A stretch of 63,985 bases of DNA, counting the filler, from Octopus bimaculoides (Eukaryota): assembly GCF_001194135.2 (NCBI RefSeq). It is 7 parts of 5 records of this genome, joined end to end, with 100 filler letters (N's around TTAATTAATTAA, not from the genome) between each part and the next. Parts side by side here need not be neighbours in the genome. Positions count along the whole stretch, not along the records: positions 1 to 26,058 come from NC_068986.1; positions 26,159 to 39,210 come from NC_068987.1; 5 more parts are not named here. One strand, written 5' to 3'. Below, piece after piece: positions 25,309 to 34,779 of the stretch (the stretch's first letter is position 1; each line of letters starts with the position of its first letter). A program made the translations under genes and the position numbers. The notes below the pieces were generated by a model, which was not told the DNA's origin, made no database searches, and was given only the letters and a program-made list of their open reading frames with translations.

Positions 25309-26016
25309 CACATACACATACACACACACGCACACGTATCTATATACATATACACTCACACATACAATATACACACGCCATCATATAAGTGTACATTAAA
25401 CATATGAGGTCTGATCAATAAGTATCTCCATAGAAACTCCATAAGATGTACCCAGTGTAAGCTATGGATGCATAAGAGGTGCAGCAACATCAAAGGAAGA
25501 TTAACCGGAAAGATAGCTTTCATGTGCAACAGATGCACAGGGGCAATAAACACCACAGATGCTCGACCCAATAAAAACATATTTGGAGACAGGTACCGAC
25601 ATTGTTCTAATAAAATCATTTACTGTTCTATATCGTTTAGTTCATTTAACCATGACACTCCTTTATGGGACCACATTATATAATGTGCCCCTTTCTTCGT
25701 AAGATGTTAGGATGTAAGTTGAGGGAGATTTGGCTGCTATATCTACCAGGTTGATTGACAACACCACTATTCTCTGTCTGGTCCTGTTGAATTCTGTTTG
25801 ATAAATGAAGAGAAATACTTATATGTCAAAATAAAATAAAATAGATATTAAGACTGTGAAATGAATAAATCTTATTTGATAACGAACCTTTATGGTATCA
25901 ATTAAATTTTGCAGTTCAGTGGTGTATCTTTGTTTGTGACTTTGTGCAATTCTTTCAGTATCACCTTTTAGGGAACGTTCGAGTTCTGTCCGATGTGTTC
26001 GCTCCTGTTGGCATAG
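3526..26016 (-). CDS. CCDC154: Spliced gene (3' 11 exons, ~387 aa, 5'-incomplete) encoding a long coiled-coil protein, CCDC154-like
   Basis: Eleven minus-strand exons with GT/AG sites and matching phases join into one ORF (1164 nt including stop). Motifs [19 protein letters not shown] and W-rich C-terminus [13 protein letters not shown] resemble CCDC154 as recalled. The symbol is tentative and no database search was run. Confidence 0.6.
3642..3860 (+). mobile_element. SINE family B
   Basis: ggcg..ag.tggcagaat...ttctgagttcaaat...gtcgactttgcctttcatcctt...ggccttgt. Confidence 0.8.
3895..4046. mobile_element. hAT-like MITE remnant
   Basis: gcggcccgc...aggttacctacgcctg terminus typical of hAT non-autonomous elements. 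Confidence 0.4.
5040..5445 (+). mobile_element. Two tandem SINE family B copies
   Basis: Copies at 5040-5232 and 5243-5445; the second is repeated at 5692-5875. Confidence 0.8.
5877..6196 (-). mobile_element. SINE with family C head and a different 3' body
   Basis: Head nearly identical to 220-348, body unrelated; partial duplicate at 5447-5659. Confidence 0.8.
6289..6452 (-). CDS. CCDC154: CCDC154-like penultimate exon, [54 protein letters not shown](R)
   Basis: Acceptor ttctttattcacacag, donor AG|GTACTT, 164 nt, phase 0-2. Confidence 0.88.
7270..8381 (+). mobile_element. Decayed mariner element (left TIR missing)
   Basis: Fragmented ORFs [13 protein letters not shown]..., [29 protein letters not shown]. 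Right TIR ends gggaacttagttggcaacccaata. Confidence 0.92.
8425..8665 (+). mobile_element. Penelope-like element fragment (RT C-terminus/linker)
   Basis: [16 protein letters not shown]...[25 protein letters not shown]. Confidence 0.75.
8670..8921 (-). mobile_element. Tc1/mariner-superfamily (probably maT/DD37D-like) transposase N-terminal fragment
   Basis: [18 protein letters not shown]...[13 protein letters not shown]...[15 protein letters not shown] (HTH region). Confidence 0.7.
9790..10118 (+). mobile_element. SINE family C variant
   Basis: Shares the family C tail. Other copies: ~2178-2470(-), 10700-10880(-), 13020-13320(-), 17955-18275(-). Confidence 0.75.
13480..13620 (+). mobile_element. 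Penelope-like GIY-YIG C-terminal remnant
   Basis: [21 protein letters not shown] (cf. EHxxxI...PVAxHFN). Confidence 0.45.
15307..15522. mobile_element. Tc1/mariner-derived MITE
   Basis: TIR tacagggtgtccataaattatcttta (left copy degenerate), TA flank. Confidence 0.65.
16280..16366 (-). CDS. CCDC154: CCDC154-like exon, [29 protein letters not shown]
   Basis: Acceptor atttctgttttag, donor CTA|GTCAGT, 87 nt, phase 0-0. Confidence 0.85.
17142..17244 (-). CDS. CCDC154: CCDC154-like exon, [34 protein letters not shown]
   Basis: Acceptor tttttctttgattttag, donor AAT|GTAAGT, 103 nt, phase 2-0. Confidence 0.9.
17310..17620 (-). mobile_element. SINE family A, 5'-truncated
   Basis: Similar to 2532-2903. 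Other partial copies: ~13960-14115(+), 16520-16610(+), 19312-19490(-), 24135-24192(+), 33891-34010(+), 46583-46640(+), 48277-48430(+), 49640-49830(+), 62370-62600(-). Confidence 0.75.
17819..17895 (-). CDS. CCDC154: CCDC154-like exon, [25 protein letters not shown](R)
   Basis: Acceptor tcttaatttatacag, donor AG|GTAAAC, 77 nt, phase 0-2 as required by the next exon. Confidence 0.82.
18335..18441 (+). mobile_element. Mariner left TIR running into a gap
   Basis: tattgggttggcaactaagttcctccg matches the reverse complement of the TIR at ~8350-8381. Confidence 0.7.
19120..19242 (-). CDS. CCDC154: CCDC154-like exon, (Q)[40 protein letters not shown]
   Basis: Tandem acceptor tatctTAGCAG (start 19242 or 19239), donor GAA|GTGAGT, phase 0-0. 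Confidence 0.9.
19660..20150 (-). mobile_element. Two SINE family B copies flanking the 27-nt microexon
   Basis: Copies at ~19660-19857 and ~19967-20150. Confidence 0.7.
19890..19916 (-). CDS. CCDC154: CCDC154-like 27-nt microexon, VLKNIPNPE
   Basis: Acceptor ttgtttttgttactttcag, donor GAG|GTAATT, phase 0-0. Confidence 0.75.
20457..20729. mobile_element. MITE-like element whose inverted arms consist of ~30-bp subrepeats
   Basis: ggtaagttcaccatcatcaaatcacc versus gtgaattgataatggtgaacttgcc; three subunits per arm. Confidence 0.6.
21174..21314 (-). CDS. CCDC154: CCDC154-like exon, [47 protein letters not shown]
   Basis: Acceptor gtgcttcacag, donor AAT|GTAAGT, 141 nt, phase 0-0. Confidence 0.9.
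22573..22699 (-). CDS. CCDC154: CCDC154-like exon, [42 protein letters not shown]
   Basis: Acceptor ttttttttgtag, donor AAA|GTAAGT, 127 nt, phase 2-0. Confidence 0.9.
23180..23560 (+). mobile_element. SINE family A, diverged
   Basis: Similar to 2532-2903. Confidence 0.75.
23620..23850 (+). mobile_element. SINE family B
   Basis: Other copies: ~22010-22175(-), 33040-33225(-), 43215-43390(-), 58657-58860(+), 61775-61965(+). Confidence 0.75.
23973..24097 (-). CDS. CCDC154: CCDC154-like exon, [41 protein letters not shown](R)
   Basis: Acceptor atttctctttaaag, donor CAG|GTTATG, 125 nt, phase 0-2. Confidence 0.88.
25425..25565 (+). mobile_element. RTE-clade LINE fragment next to a mariner-like terminus
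   Basis: [23 protein letters not shown]...CNRC; preceded by gaggtctgatcaataagtatc. Confidence 0.6.
25888..26016 (-). CDS. CCDC154: CCDC154-like exon (most 5' visible), [43 protein letters not shown]
   Basis: Acceptor tttcattttcttcaag, donor AAG|GTTCGT, 129 nt, phase 0-0. Confidence 0.85.
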
Positions 26017-26058
26017 CTTGAAGAAAATGAAATCAAAGGATTAGTTTACTTTAAGTGT

Positions 26059-26158
26059 NNNNNNNNNNNNNNNNNNNNNNNNNNNNNNNNNNNNNNNNNN
26101 NNTTAATTAATTAANNNNNNNNNNNNNNNNNNNNNNNNNNNNNNNNNNNNNNNNNNNN
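26059..26158. other. Artificial scaffold join: 100-bp N gap containing TTAATTAATTAA
   Basis: Same linker at 26103, 39255, 47472, 53925, 57177 and 62708, always centred in N runs; it has stops in all six frames. Confidence 0.92.
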
Positions 26159-26189
<31 letters not shown>

Positions 26190-26399
26190 GCACGCACACT
26201 CATGTATGTATATAAATTGTGGAGGTCGCTTATTGTGACCACTTTTGGACGAACCCTGATAGATGAAATTATCGAGCAGAAAATAAGTTATTCCGATAAC
26301 TATATCGGATTCTACGATTCTAATAAGTGCATTATGTGTAACTCTGTTTTCTATAATTTGGAACCCTTCAAAGTTTGTTAGGATCTTCCGAGGGTCGGC

Positions 26400-27170
26400 T
26401 GACCAAGTTCATAAGCTGACGAAGATACGCTCATGGAATGTGATCAAATGAGCTATATATATTTCAACATAGTTTCCCTTGCAGTCCACGCACTTCTTCC
26501 ATGAGCGTTGCAATGCTTGGACCCCATTGGTGAAGACGATTTCATCCTGTTGGTGAAAAAAAGATCATCAACAGCAGATATGACGTCATCACCACTACAA
26601 TATAGAGCGTTTGGTCTTGACAGCCTTTCGTAACCTCCTAGGCGAGTTGGTATAGTAGTCTCCATTGCTTGTGTGGCCCCGTGAAGATAATCAATAAACC
26701 CAATGCCTTCTACATTCCAAACAAACTGAGGCCATCACCTTCCCCGCAGATGAAACAACCGTGACCATGTTTGTAGCAGGTGAGGAATGGAGTTCCACTG
26801 CTTTGAGTGTCTCTTAGTCTCTGATTCAAAGTAGCGAGGCCAACACTCATCCTGGGTTAGGAAACGTTCAAGGAAACCAGTCGGATCTGCTTCAAACAAT
26901 ATCAGATTTTCCAGTGATATGGCCAGCCTGGTGCACTTTTGATCAGGTGCCAGAAGACGTGGTACCCAACTTGCAGAAAACCTTCGTCATGTCATAGTGC
27001 AGAATATTCTCTATTCTCTCACGAAATATACTAATAGCATTAGCTATTTGATTATAGTCAATTACTTGTCAATACAATCATTGTTTTCCTCGATGATGGC
27101 AGTTGGAGGACGTCCAGACATTGGGTCATCTTCAAGATTATTCCTTCGCCTCCCAAATTCAGTTGCCCAC
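26400..27170 (-). mobile_element. Internally deleted mariner fragment
   Basis: EDDPMSGRPPTA, SASWVPRLL, SSAGKVMAS and C-terminal DDVISAVDDLF...WKKCVDCKGNYVE remnants. Confidence 0.8.
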
Positions 27171-27179
27171 TTTTGCACT

Positions 27180-27568
27180 CTCTTTTATTTGTTTCAGCCA
27201 TTTGACTGAGGCCTTGCTGGAGCATCGCCATTGGTCGAGAAAATCGACCTCAGGACTTATTCTTTGCCAGCCAAGTACTTATTCTATCGGTCTTTTTTTA
27301 CCGAACCGCTAAGTTACAGGGACGTAAACACATCAGCATCGGTTGTCAAGCGATGGTGGGGGGACAAACACAGACACACAAATACACACACACATATATA
27401 TATACATATATACGACGGGCTTCTTTCAGTTTCCGTCTCCCAAATCCACTCACAAGGCTTCGGTCGGCTCGAGGCTATAGTAGAAGACACTTGCCCAAGT
27501 TGTCACGCAGTGGGACTGAACCCGGAACCATGTGGTTGGTAAGCAAGCTACTTACCACACAGCCACTC
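27180..27568 (-). mobile_element. SINE family A, full-length
   Basis: Reverse complement of 2532-2903. Confidence 0.85.
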
Positions 27569-29005
27569 GATGAGTCATCCCTTAATCTAGCAACCTTGTC
27601 AGAATGAATGTCGTTAGGGCCTAAACCGGTTTTCTGCAGCTACTTGATAAAGCCACGATAACAAATTTTGTGCATTTTCAAGAGAAATTGCTACTCTTTA
27701 CTTTTAGAGGCTTCTCTGAACAGTCAGATATCAGTTTACCGGGAAAGAATCAATACAGCTATTAACAAGAAAAGTTGAAATGAATGCACGCAGCTTCGCA
27801 GTTTTAGCATCACTTCTTCATAACCAGCCTATAAACTTTTCAGCCCACTCTCGTGTGTGTATATGTGTGTGTGTGTGTGTGTATCACGGAAAACATACTG
27901 AAAAAATCTTTGTACGTTGACTGCATTATTATTAGAAATCATTTGAACGTATAAAACAAAGCATGAAAAATATATGTAACATATGTTATACCGACATGTT
28001 GGTGGTACAGGTGCCGGCAGAGAGTTTCTGCAGAAACACCGAAATAATTAATCACGTGGTAGACAACAGAATGAAGCATGGCGTCTGTATCTAGCGTGTG
28101 TACGCTTGCGCGAGTGCGTGTGTACATGCGTGTTAAACCTTGTGTATATATATATGCGTGTGAGCATGTAAATANNNNNNNNNNNNNNNNNNNNNNNNNN
28201 NNNNNNNNNNNNNNNNNNNNNNNNNNNNNNNNNNNNNNNNNNNNNNNNNNNNNNNNNNNNNNNNNNNNNNNNNNNNNNNNNNNNNNNNNNNNNNNNNNNN
28301 NNNNNNNNNNNNNNNNNNNNNNNNNNNNNNNNNNNNNNNNNNNNNNNNNNNNNNNNNNNNNNNNNNNNNNNNNNNNNNNNNNNNNNNNNNNNNNNNNNNN
28401 NNNNNNNNNNNNNNNNNNNNNNNNNNNNNNNNNNNNNNNNNNNNNNNNNNNNNNNNNNNNNNNNNNNNNNNNNNNNNNNNNNNNNNNNNNNNNNNNNNNN
28501 NNNNNNNNNNNNNNNNNNNNNNNNNNNNNNNNNNNNNNNNNNNNNNNNNNNNNNNNNNNNNNNNNNNNNNNNNNNNNNNNNNNNNNNNNNNNNNNNNNNN
28601 NNNNNNNNNNNNNNNNNNNNNNNNNNNNNNNNNNNNNNNNNNNNNNNNNNNNNNNNNNNNNNNNNNNNNNNNNNNNNNNNNNNNNNNNNNNNNNNNNNNN
28701 NNNNNNNNNNNNNNNNNNNNNNNNNNNNNNNNNNNNNNNNNNNNNNNNNNNNNNNNNNNNNNNNNNNNNNNNNNNNNNNNNNNNNNNNNNNNNNNNNNNN
28801 NNNNNNNNNNNNNNNNNNNNNNNNNNNNNNNNNNNNNNNNNNNNNNNNNNNNNNNNNNNNNNNNNNNNNNNNNNNNNNNNNNNNNNNNNNNNNNNNNNNN
28901 NNNNNNNNNNNNNNNNNNNNNNNNNNNNNNNNNNNNNNNNNNNNNNNNNNNNNNNNNNNNNNNNNNNNNNNNNNNNNNNNNNNNNNNNNNNNNNNNNNNN
29001 NNNNN

Positions 29006-29036
<31 letters not shown>

Positions 29037-29048
29037 GTGAGAAAAATT

Positions 29049-29084
<36 letters not shown>

Positions 29085-29288
29085 TACCTATAGACGCACA
29101 CATATGAAGTGTGAAATATGGAGAGGGAAAGAGTGGAAGGAGGGGACACAGAAATAGCAGTAACAACATGAACAACAATACAGGATGTACCATATAATTA
29201 TCTACTCAAAATTAATTGCCTTTCAAGCGTACAACATGTAGAAACCAATGTTTGTATATAGAAGACGTAGAGACAGATGAACAGGGCG

Positions 29289-29304
29289 ATAGATAGATAG
29301 ATAA

Positions 29305-29397
<93 letters not shown>

Positions 29398-29402
29398 CAG
29401 AC

Positions 29403-29443
<41 letters not shown>
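29289..29443. repeat. (GATA)n/(GACA)n microsatellite
   Basis: Direct inspection; many other (CA)n, (TA)n, (ATAC)n, (GATA)n and (AAT)n tracts across the window. Confidence 0.95.
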
Positions 29444-29445
<2 letters not shown>

Positions 29446-30457
29446 CATAAATATGCAGGGATTAGCATGAGTTGCTTCACCAACATACTGAAAATTTAGA
29501 AACAGCAGTCAAAGAACTACTGATTCCAAACTACAAATTTTTTCTCTAACGGATGGCGATATTTATGGCACACACAGAACAAAAAGAAGAGAAAAGCAAA
29601 AACAAACCTGCCTTTTGTTAATCGTGTACGACGTTTCACGGTTAAGAGTATNNNNNNNNNNNNNNNNNNNNNNNNNNNNNNNNNNNNNNNNNNNNNNNNN
29701 NNNNNNNNNNNNNNNNNNNNNNNNNNNNNNNNNNNNNNNNNNNNNNNNNNNNNNNNNNNNNNNNNNNNNNNNNNNNNNNNNNNNNNNNNNNNNNNNNNNN
29801 NNNNNNNNNNNNNNNNNNNNNNNNNNNNNNNNNNNNNNNNNNNNNNNNNNNNNNNNNNNNNNNNNNNNNNNNNNNNNNNNNNNNNNNNNNNNNNNNNNNN
29901 NNNNNNNNNNNNNNNNNNNNNNNNNNNNNNNNNNNNNNNNNNNNNNNNNNNNNNNNNNNNNNNNNNNNNNNNNNNNNNNNNNNNNNNNNNNNNNNNNNNN
30001 NNNNNNNNNNNNNNNNNNNNNNNNNNNNNNNNNNNNNNNNNNNNNNNNNNNNNNNNNNNNNNNNNNNNNNNNNNNNNNNNNNNNNNNNNNNNNNNNNNNN
30101 NNNNNNNNNNNNNNNNNNNNNNNNNNNNNNNNNNNNNNNNNNNNNNNNNNNNNNNNNNNNNNNNNNNNNNNNNNNNNNNNNNNNNNNNNNNNNNNNNNNN
30201 NNNNNNNNNNNNNNNNNNNNNNNNNNNNNNNNNNNNNNNNNNNNNNNNNNNNNNNNNNNNNNNNNNNNNNNNNNNNNNNNNNNNNNNNNNNNNNNNNNNN
30301 NNNNNNNNNNNNNNNNNNNNNNNNNNNNNNNNNNNNNNNNNNNNNNNNATAAATGTTTTTACCGATAAAGGTTTTTTTCATACTGAACTACTTGGCAAAA
30401 TTGTTAATTATTAATTTTATTACTAATTGGCAATTCCCTGCCCTATATCTGTATATT

Positions 30458-30508
<51 letters not shown>

Positions 30509-30767
30509 GGGCTGGCCAGATTGGAGCAATCACGAGTAGAACCAGCCGAAATTGCAAAGATAATCTGGAACTCGACTGAGGAAAGAAAACTCTGAATGAC
30601 CCGTCCTTGTTTCCTTTATATCGTCTATCTGGATGTTTTGTTGTCCCTTTTTTATATCACCTAAACTGTCTGGATGTTTTGCGATCTTGTCCCATTTTGT
30701 GTTTTTTTATATATAGGTAGATTGATAGAGAGATAGGTAGATAGCTAGCTAGCTAGCTAGCTAGATC

Positions 30768-30820
<53 letters not shown>

Positions 30821-30833
30821 GTAGGTCGGTAGG

Positions 30834-30865
<32 letters not shown>

Positions 30866-31149
30866 CAGATAGAGGGAGGGAGAGAGAGAGTGAAAGAGAG
30901 AGAGAGAGGGTGGGAGGTAAATTATATGCTATATGAATCAATTGGAAAAGCAGTTAACCTAGAAGATATGACCTGATATACAAAAAAAAAAAACAAAAAA
31001 CAAACAAACTGTTAGTGTAAGTCTTGAAAACTGTGCAGAGATCATAAACAGCTGTTTAAGTGAAATGATTGGTAAAACCAGTGTCTTGATAGCCTTTATA
31101 ATATAATGGTCAATCTGAGAATTATTTGTCTGGAAGAAGAATTAACCAT

Positions 31150-31247
31150 ATTTCTGCTGCTGCTGTTGTTGTTGTTGCTGTTGTTATTGTTGTTGTTATT
31201 GTTGTTGTTGTTGTTGTTCTTCTTCTTCTTTTCCATTTCTTTTAATT

Positions 31248-31288
<41 letters not shown>

Positions 31289-31393
31289 TCTTTCTTTGTT
31301 TCTTTCTTCTTCTTCTTCTTCTTCTTCTTCTTCTTCTTCTTCTTCTTCTTCTTCTTCTTCTTCTTCTTCTTCTTCTTCTTCTTCTTCTTCTTC
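31150..31393. repeat. Compound microsatellite (GTT)n-(CTTT)n-(CTT)n
   Basis: Direct inspection; source of spurious poly-L/F/E ORFs. Confidence 0.95.
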
Positions 31394-32376
31394 CAATGTC
31401 TAAATGCAGATGCAGCGGAACAACGCCTCCTCGTTACTTACATTTACAATCTCAGACAAGAATCAAAACATCCGTTGTCGTCTGCTCGTTTGTTTATTTG
31501 TTCGTTCGTTCGTTCGTCCCTTCTCTTTTCTTTCTTTCATTCTTTCTTCTTTCTTTTTCTCTTTCTTTCTTTTTTCTTTTTTTCTTTCTTCTTCTTTTCC
31601 ATGTCTTTCTTTTTCTTCTCATTTAGTCTCGTTCTTCTTTCGAATATGCAACAAGTATTTATATAGATTTATTACCAACACACANNNNNNNNNNNNNNNN
31701 NNNNNNNNNNNNNNNNNNNNNNNNNNNNNNNNNNNNNNNNNNNNNNNNNNNNNNNNNNNNNNNNNNNNNNNNNNNNNNNNNNNNNNNNNNNNNNNNNNNN
31801 NNNNNNNNNNNNNNNNNNNNNNNNNNNNNNNNNNNNNNNNNNNNNNNNNNNNNNNNNNNNNNNNNNNNNNNNNNNNNNNNNNNNNNNNNNNNNNNNNNNN
31901 NNNNNNNNNNNNNNNNNNNNNNNNNNNNNNNNNNNNNNNNNNNNNNNNNNNNNNNNNNNNNNNNNNNNNNNNNNNNNNNNNNNNNNNNNNNNNNNNNNNN
32001 NNNNNNNNNNNNNNNNNNNNNNNNNNNNNNNNNNNNNNNNNNNNNNNNNNNNNNNNNNNNNNNNNNNNNNNNNNNNNNNNNNNNNNNNNNNNNNNNNNNN
32101 NNNNNNNNNNNNNNNNNNNNNNNNNNNNNNNNNNNNNNNNNNNNNNNNNNNNNNNNNNNNNNNNNNNNNNNNNNNNNNNNNNNNNNNNNNNNNNNNNNNN
32201 NNNNNNNNNNNNNNNNNNNNNNNNNNNNNNNNNNNNNNNNNNNNNNNNNNNNNNNNNNNNNNNNNNNNNNNNNACACACACACACACACATACACGGACA
32301 TACACACCTGTATATACGTGTATATATGTACGTGCATACATACATGCATATATATATATGCATATATAAACAAATG

Positions 32377-32737
32377 ATAGAAACTGAAAATGGAATATAC
32401 GAGAAACTTTAATGCTCACAACGATTGTTTCGACGCATCCTGCATCGATCCCTTGCAGGTGGGATAATGGTTGAGGTGCGTCCCTCGCTGCAGATGCACC
32501 TTCTCAGGTGATGCTATAAATGGTATCTTGTTAAACGAAATTGTGTTTCGTGCGGTTTTTACTACAGCATATTAACGAGATGTCCCTTATAACATCATCT
32601 GAGGTGATGCGTCTGCACCGAGGGATGCACCACAACCAGTTGTACAGTATCTCACTCGCAAGGAATCGATGCAGGATGCGTCGAAACTGTCGCTGTGAGC
32701 AAAAATTTTCCTCGTATATTCCAATTTCCGTCTCTAT
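32377..32737. mobile_element. Foldback/MITE with ~140-bp inverted arms and ~70-bp spacer
   Basis: tttcgacgcatcctgcatcgat versus atcgatgcaggatgcgtcgaaa; pairing extends over both arms. Confidence 0.85.
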
Positions 32738-33249
32738 GGTCACCGAACACTTATGAATTTCCGAGGCAGATTCCGCGTCAATTGTATAAATACCGTGGAT
32801 GACGTCAGGTAGGCATAGGCAGTGAACGTGCTTCATCGGATTACTACTAGGAACATACCCAAGCTTCAATATCTACTTATATATATGTGTAAGACAAGAT
32901 CACAGACAGTCGGACGGGTGTTGAAATATGACACAAACATTTTAACCAACATAGAGTTAATTTATTCATCACTGCATAGCGTTGGTATCATTGTATTTAT
33001 TCCGGGCGGACGACCCGCAAGCGCAACTCAGTCACTGTTATTGGTTTCAAATTTTGGCACCAGGCCAGCAATTTTAAGGGAGCAGGCTAGTCGATTACAT
33101 CGACACCAGTGTTAAAATGGCACTTATTTTATCAACTCCGAAAGACAAAGTCGACCTCGGTGGAATTTGAACTCAGAGCGTGAAGACGGACAAAATGCTG
33201 CTAAGCATATAGTTCGGCGTGCTACCTATTTTTGATCTTCCGTGAGCAA

Positions 33250-33460
33250 GTGAGTCACAAATTTTACTACAACTCTTCATTTGCCCAGAATTCGATGGCA
33301 GGAGCTCCAGGTTACGCCAGTCATATCAACAAGTTCGTCAATTGTTTCTAAAGCGTGGAAACCGCTCGTAAGCTTGTGTTTTGTTCCTGGTAGCGTCATT
33401 GTAAGATGTTTGAAGCATGGCAACAGCCCCAGCAGGAGATGGAATTTCAAGGAAGCACTC
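33250..33460 (-). mobile_element. Mariner fragment
   Basis: TIDELVDMTGVTWSSCHRIL (second HTH region). Confidence 0.65.
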
Positions 33461-34271
33461 TGTTCCTTCTTTTCAGCCATCACAAAAATTGACGAACAGG
33501 AGAAAGGNNNNNNNNNNNNNNNNNNNNNNNNNNNNNNNNNNNNNNNNNNNNNNNNNNNNNNNNNNNNNNNNNNNNNNNNNNNNNNNNNNNNNNNNNNNNN
33601 NNNNNNNNNNNNNNNNNNNNNNNNNNNNNNNNNNNNNNNNNNNNNNNNNNNNNNNNNNNNNNNNNNNNNNNNNNNNNNNNNNNNNNNNNNNNNNNNNNNN
33701 NNNNNNNNNNNNNNNNNNNNNNNNNNNNNNNNNNNNNNNNNNNNNNNNNNNNNNNNNNNNNNNNNNNNNNNNNNNNNNNNNNNNNNNNNNNNNNNNNNNN
33801 NNNNNNNNNNNNNNNNNNNNNNNNNNNNNNNNNNNNNNNNNNNNNNNNNNNNNNNNNNNNNNNNNNNNNNNNNNNNNNNNNNNNNNNNNNAAAGAGACCG
33901 ATAGAATAAGTACTAGGCATACAAAGAATAAGTCCTGGGGTCGATTTACTCGACTAAAGGCGGTGCTCCAGCATGGCCACAGTCAACTGACTGAAACAAT
34001 TAAAAGAGTAAAGAGAGAGAGAGAGAGAGAGTAAAGTGTAAAGATACGTACATAGGCGTATATAAATAAAGGGTCAATGTTTTTTTGACAGTTTGACATG
34101 TCGAGTTGTTCTATCGTTAGATACAGAAGAAGGCTTGGCTGAAAGAATATGTCATGGAAATGGTTTTATCTACATTCATATGTTACGGCATGTTTCGTAA
34201 ACATCTAAACTATGGCACTTACATGTTGTAACACAATGGGATGAGTTCGTACGTTGTGCTTTAATGTTTGC

Positions 34272-34344
<73 letters not shown>

Positions 34345-34779
34345 TGAGTGAGTGTCGGGGTGAAGTGGGATGGGCGCACGCTGGGTCTGGCTTCTGGAAA
34401 TGAATTTGTCTTTTGTTTACGCGCAGGAATTGAATTCATGTCATGTTAACTGTATACGTGTGTGTGTGTGTGTGTGTGTCTGTGTGTGTGTGTGTGTGGC
34501 TATTTCTTTAGTGTTTTTGATGTATTGCTTGTTTTGTGCTTATTCTCGCTGTTGTTGTGGATATTTCATTAAGGTTGTTGCTGTTTGTTATTGTTGTTGT
34601 TGTTGTTGTTGTCTTAGTTCCCGAAACAAATTTAACAAATAGCAAAATTTACGAAACACTTTTATATAGTAACGACATTAATGAGATAAGGACAAACCCA
34701 ATATCCTTTTACAACCACATGACGCAATTACGTAACAAGAGCGAAAAATCGATGAGCATGATCAATTAATTACGTCAGT

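Noticed and set aside
26103-26114. TTAATTAATTAA palindrome recurring six times
   Set aside because: Always centred in 100-bp N gaps; an assembly linker, not biology
29608-29651. Possible upstream exon end TLNRETSYTINKRQ|GTTTGT
   Set aside because: Phase fits, but the acceptor is in a gap, the peptide is not coiled-coil-like, and it lies across a scaffold join
28048-33920. Long ORFs in the track (200-380 aa)
   Set aside because: They run through N gaps or microsatellites (poly-X, poly-F/L/E, HT/CV/YI repeats)
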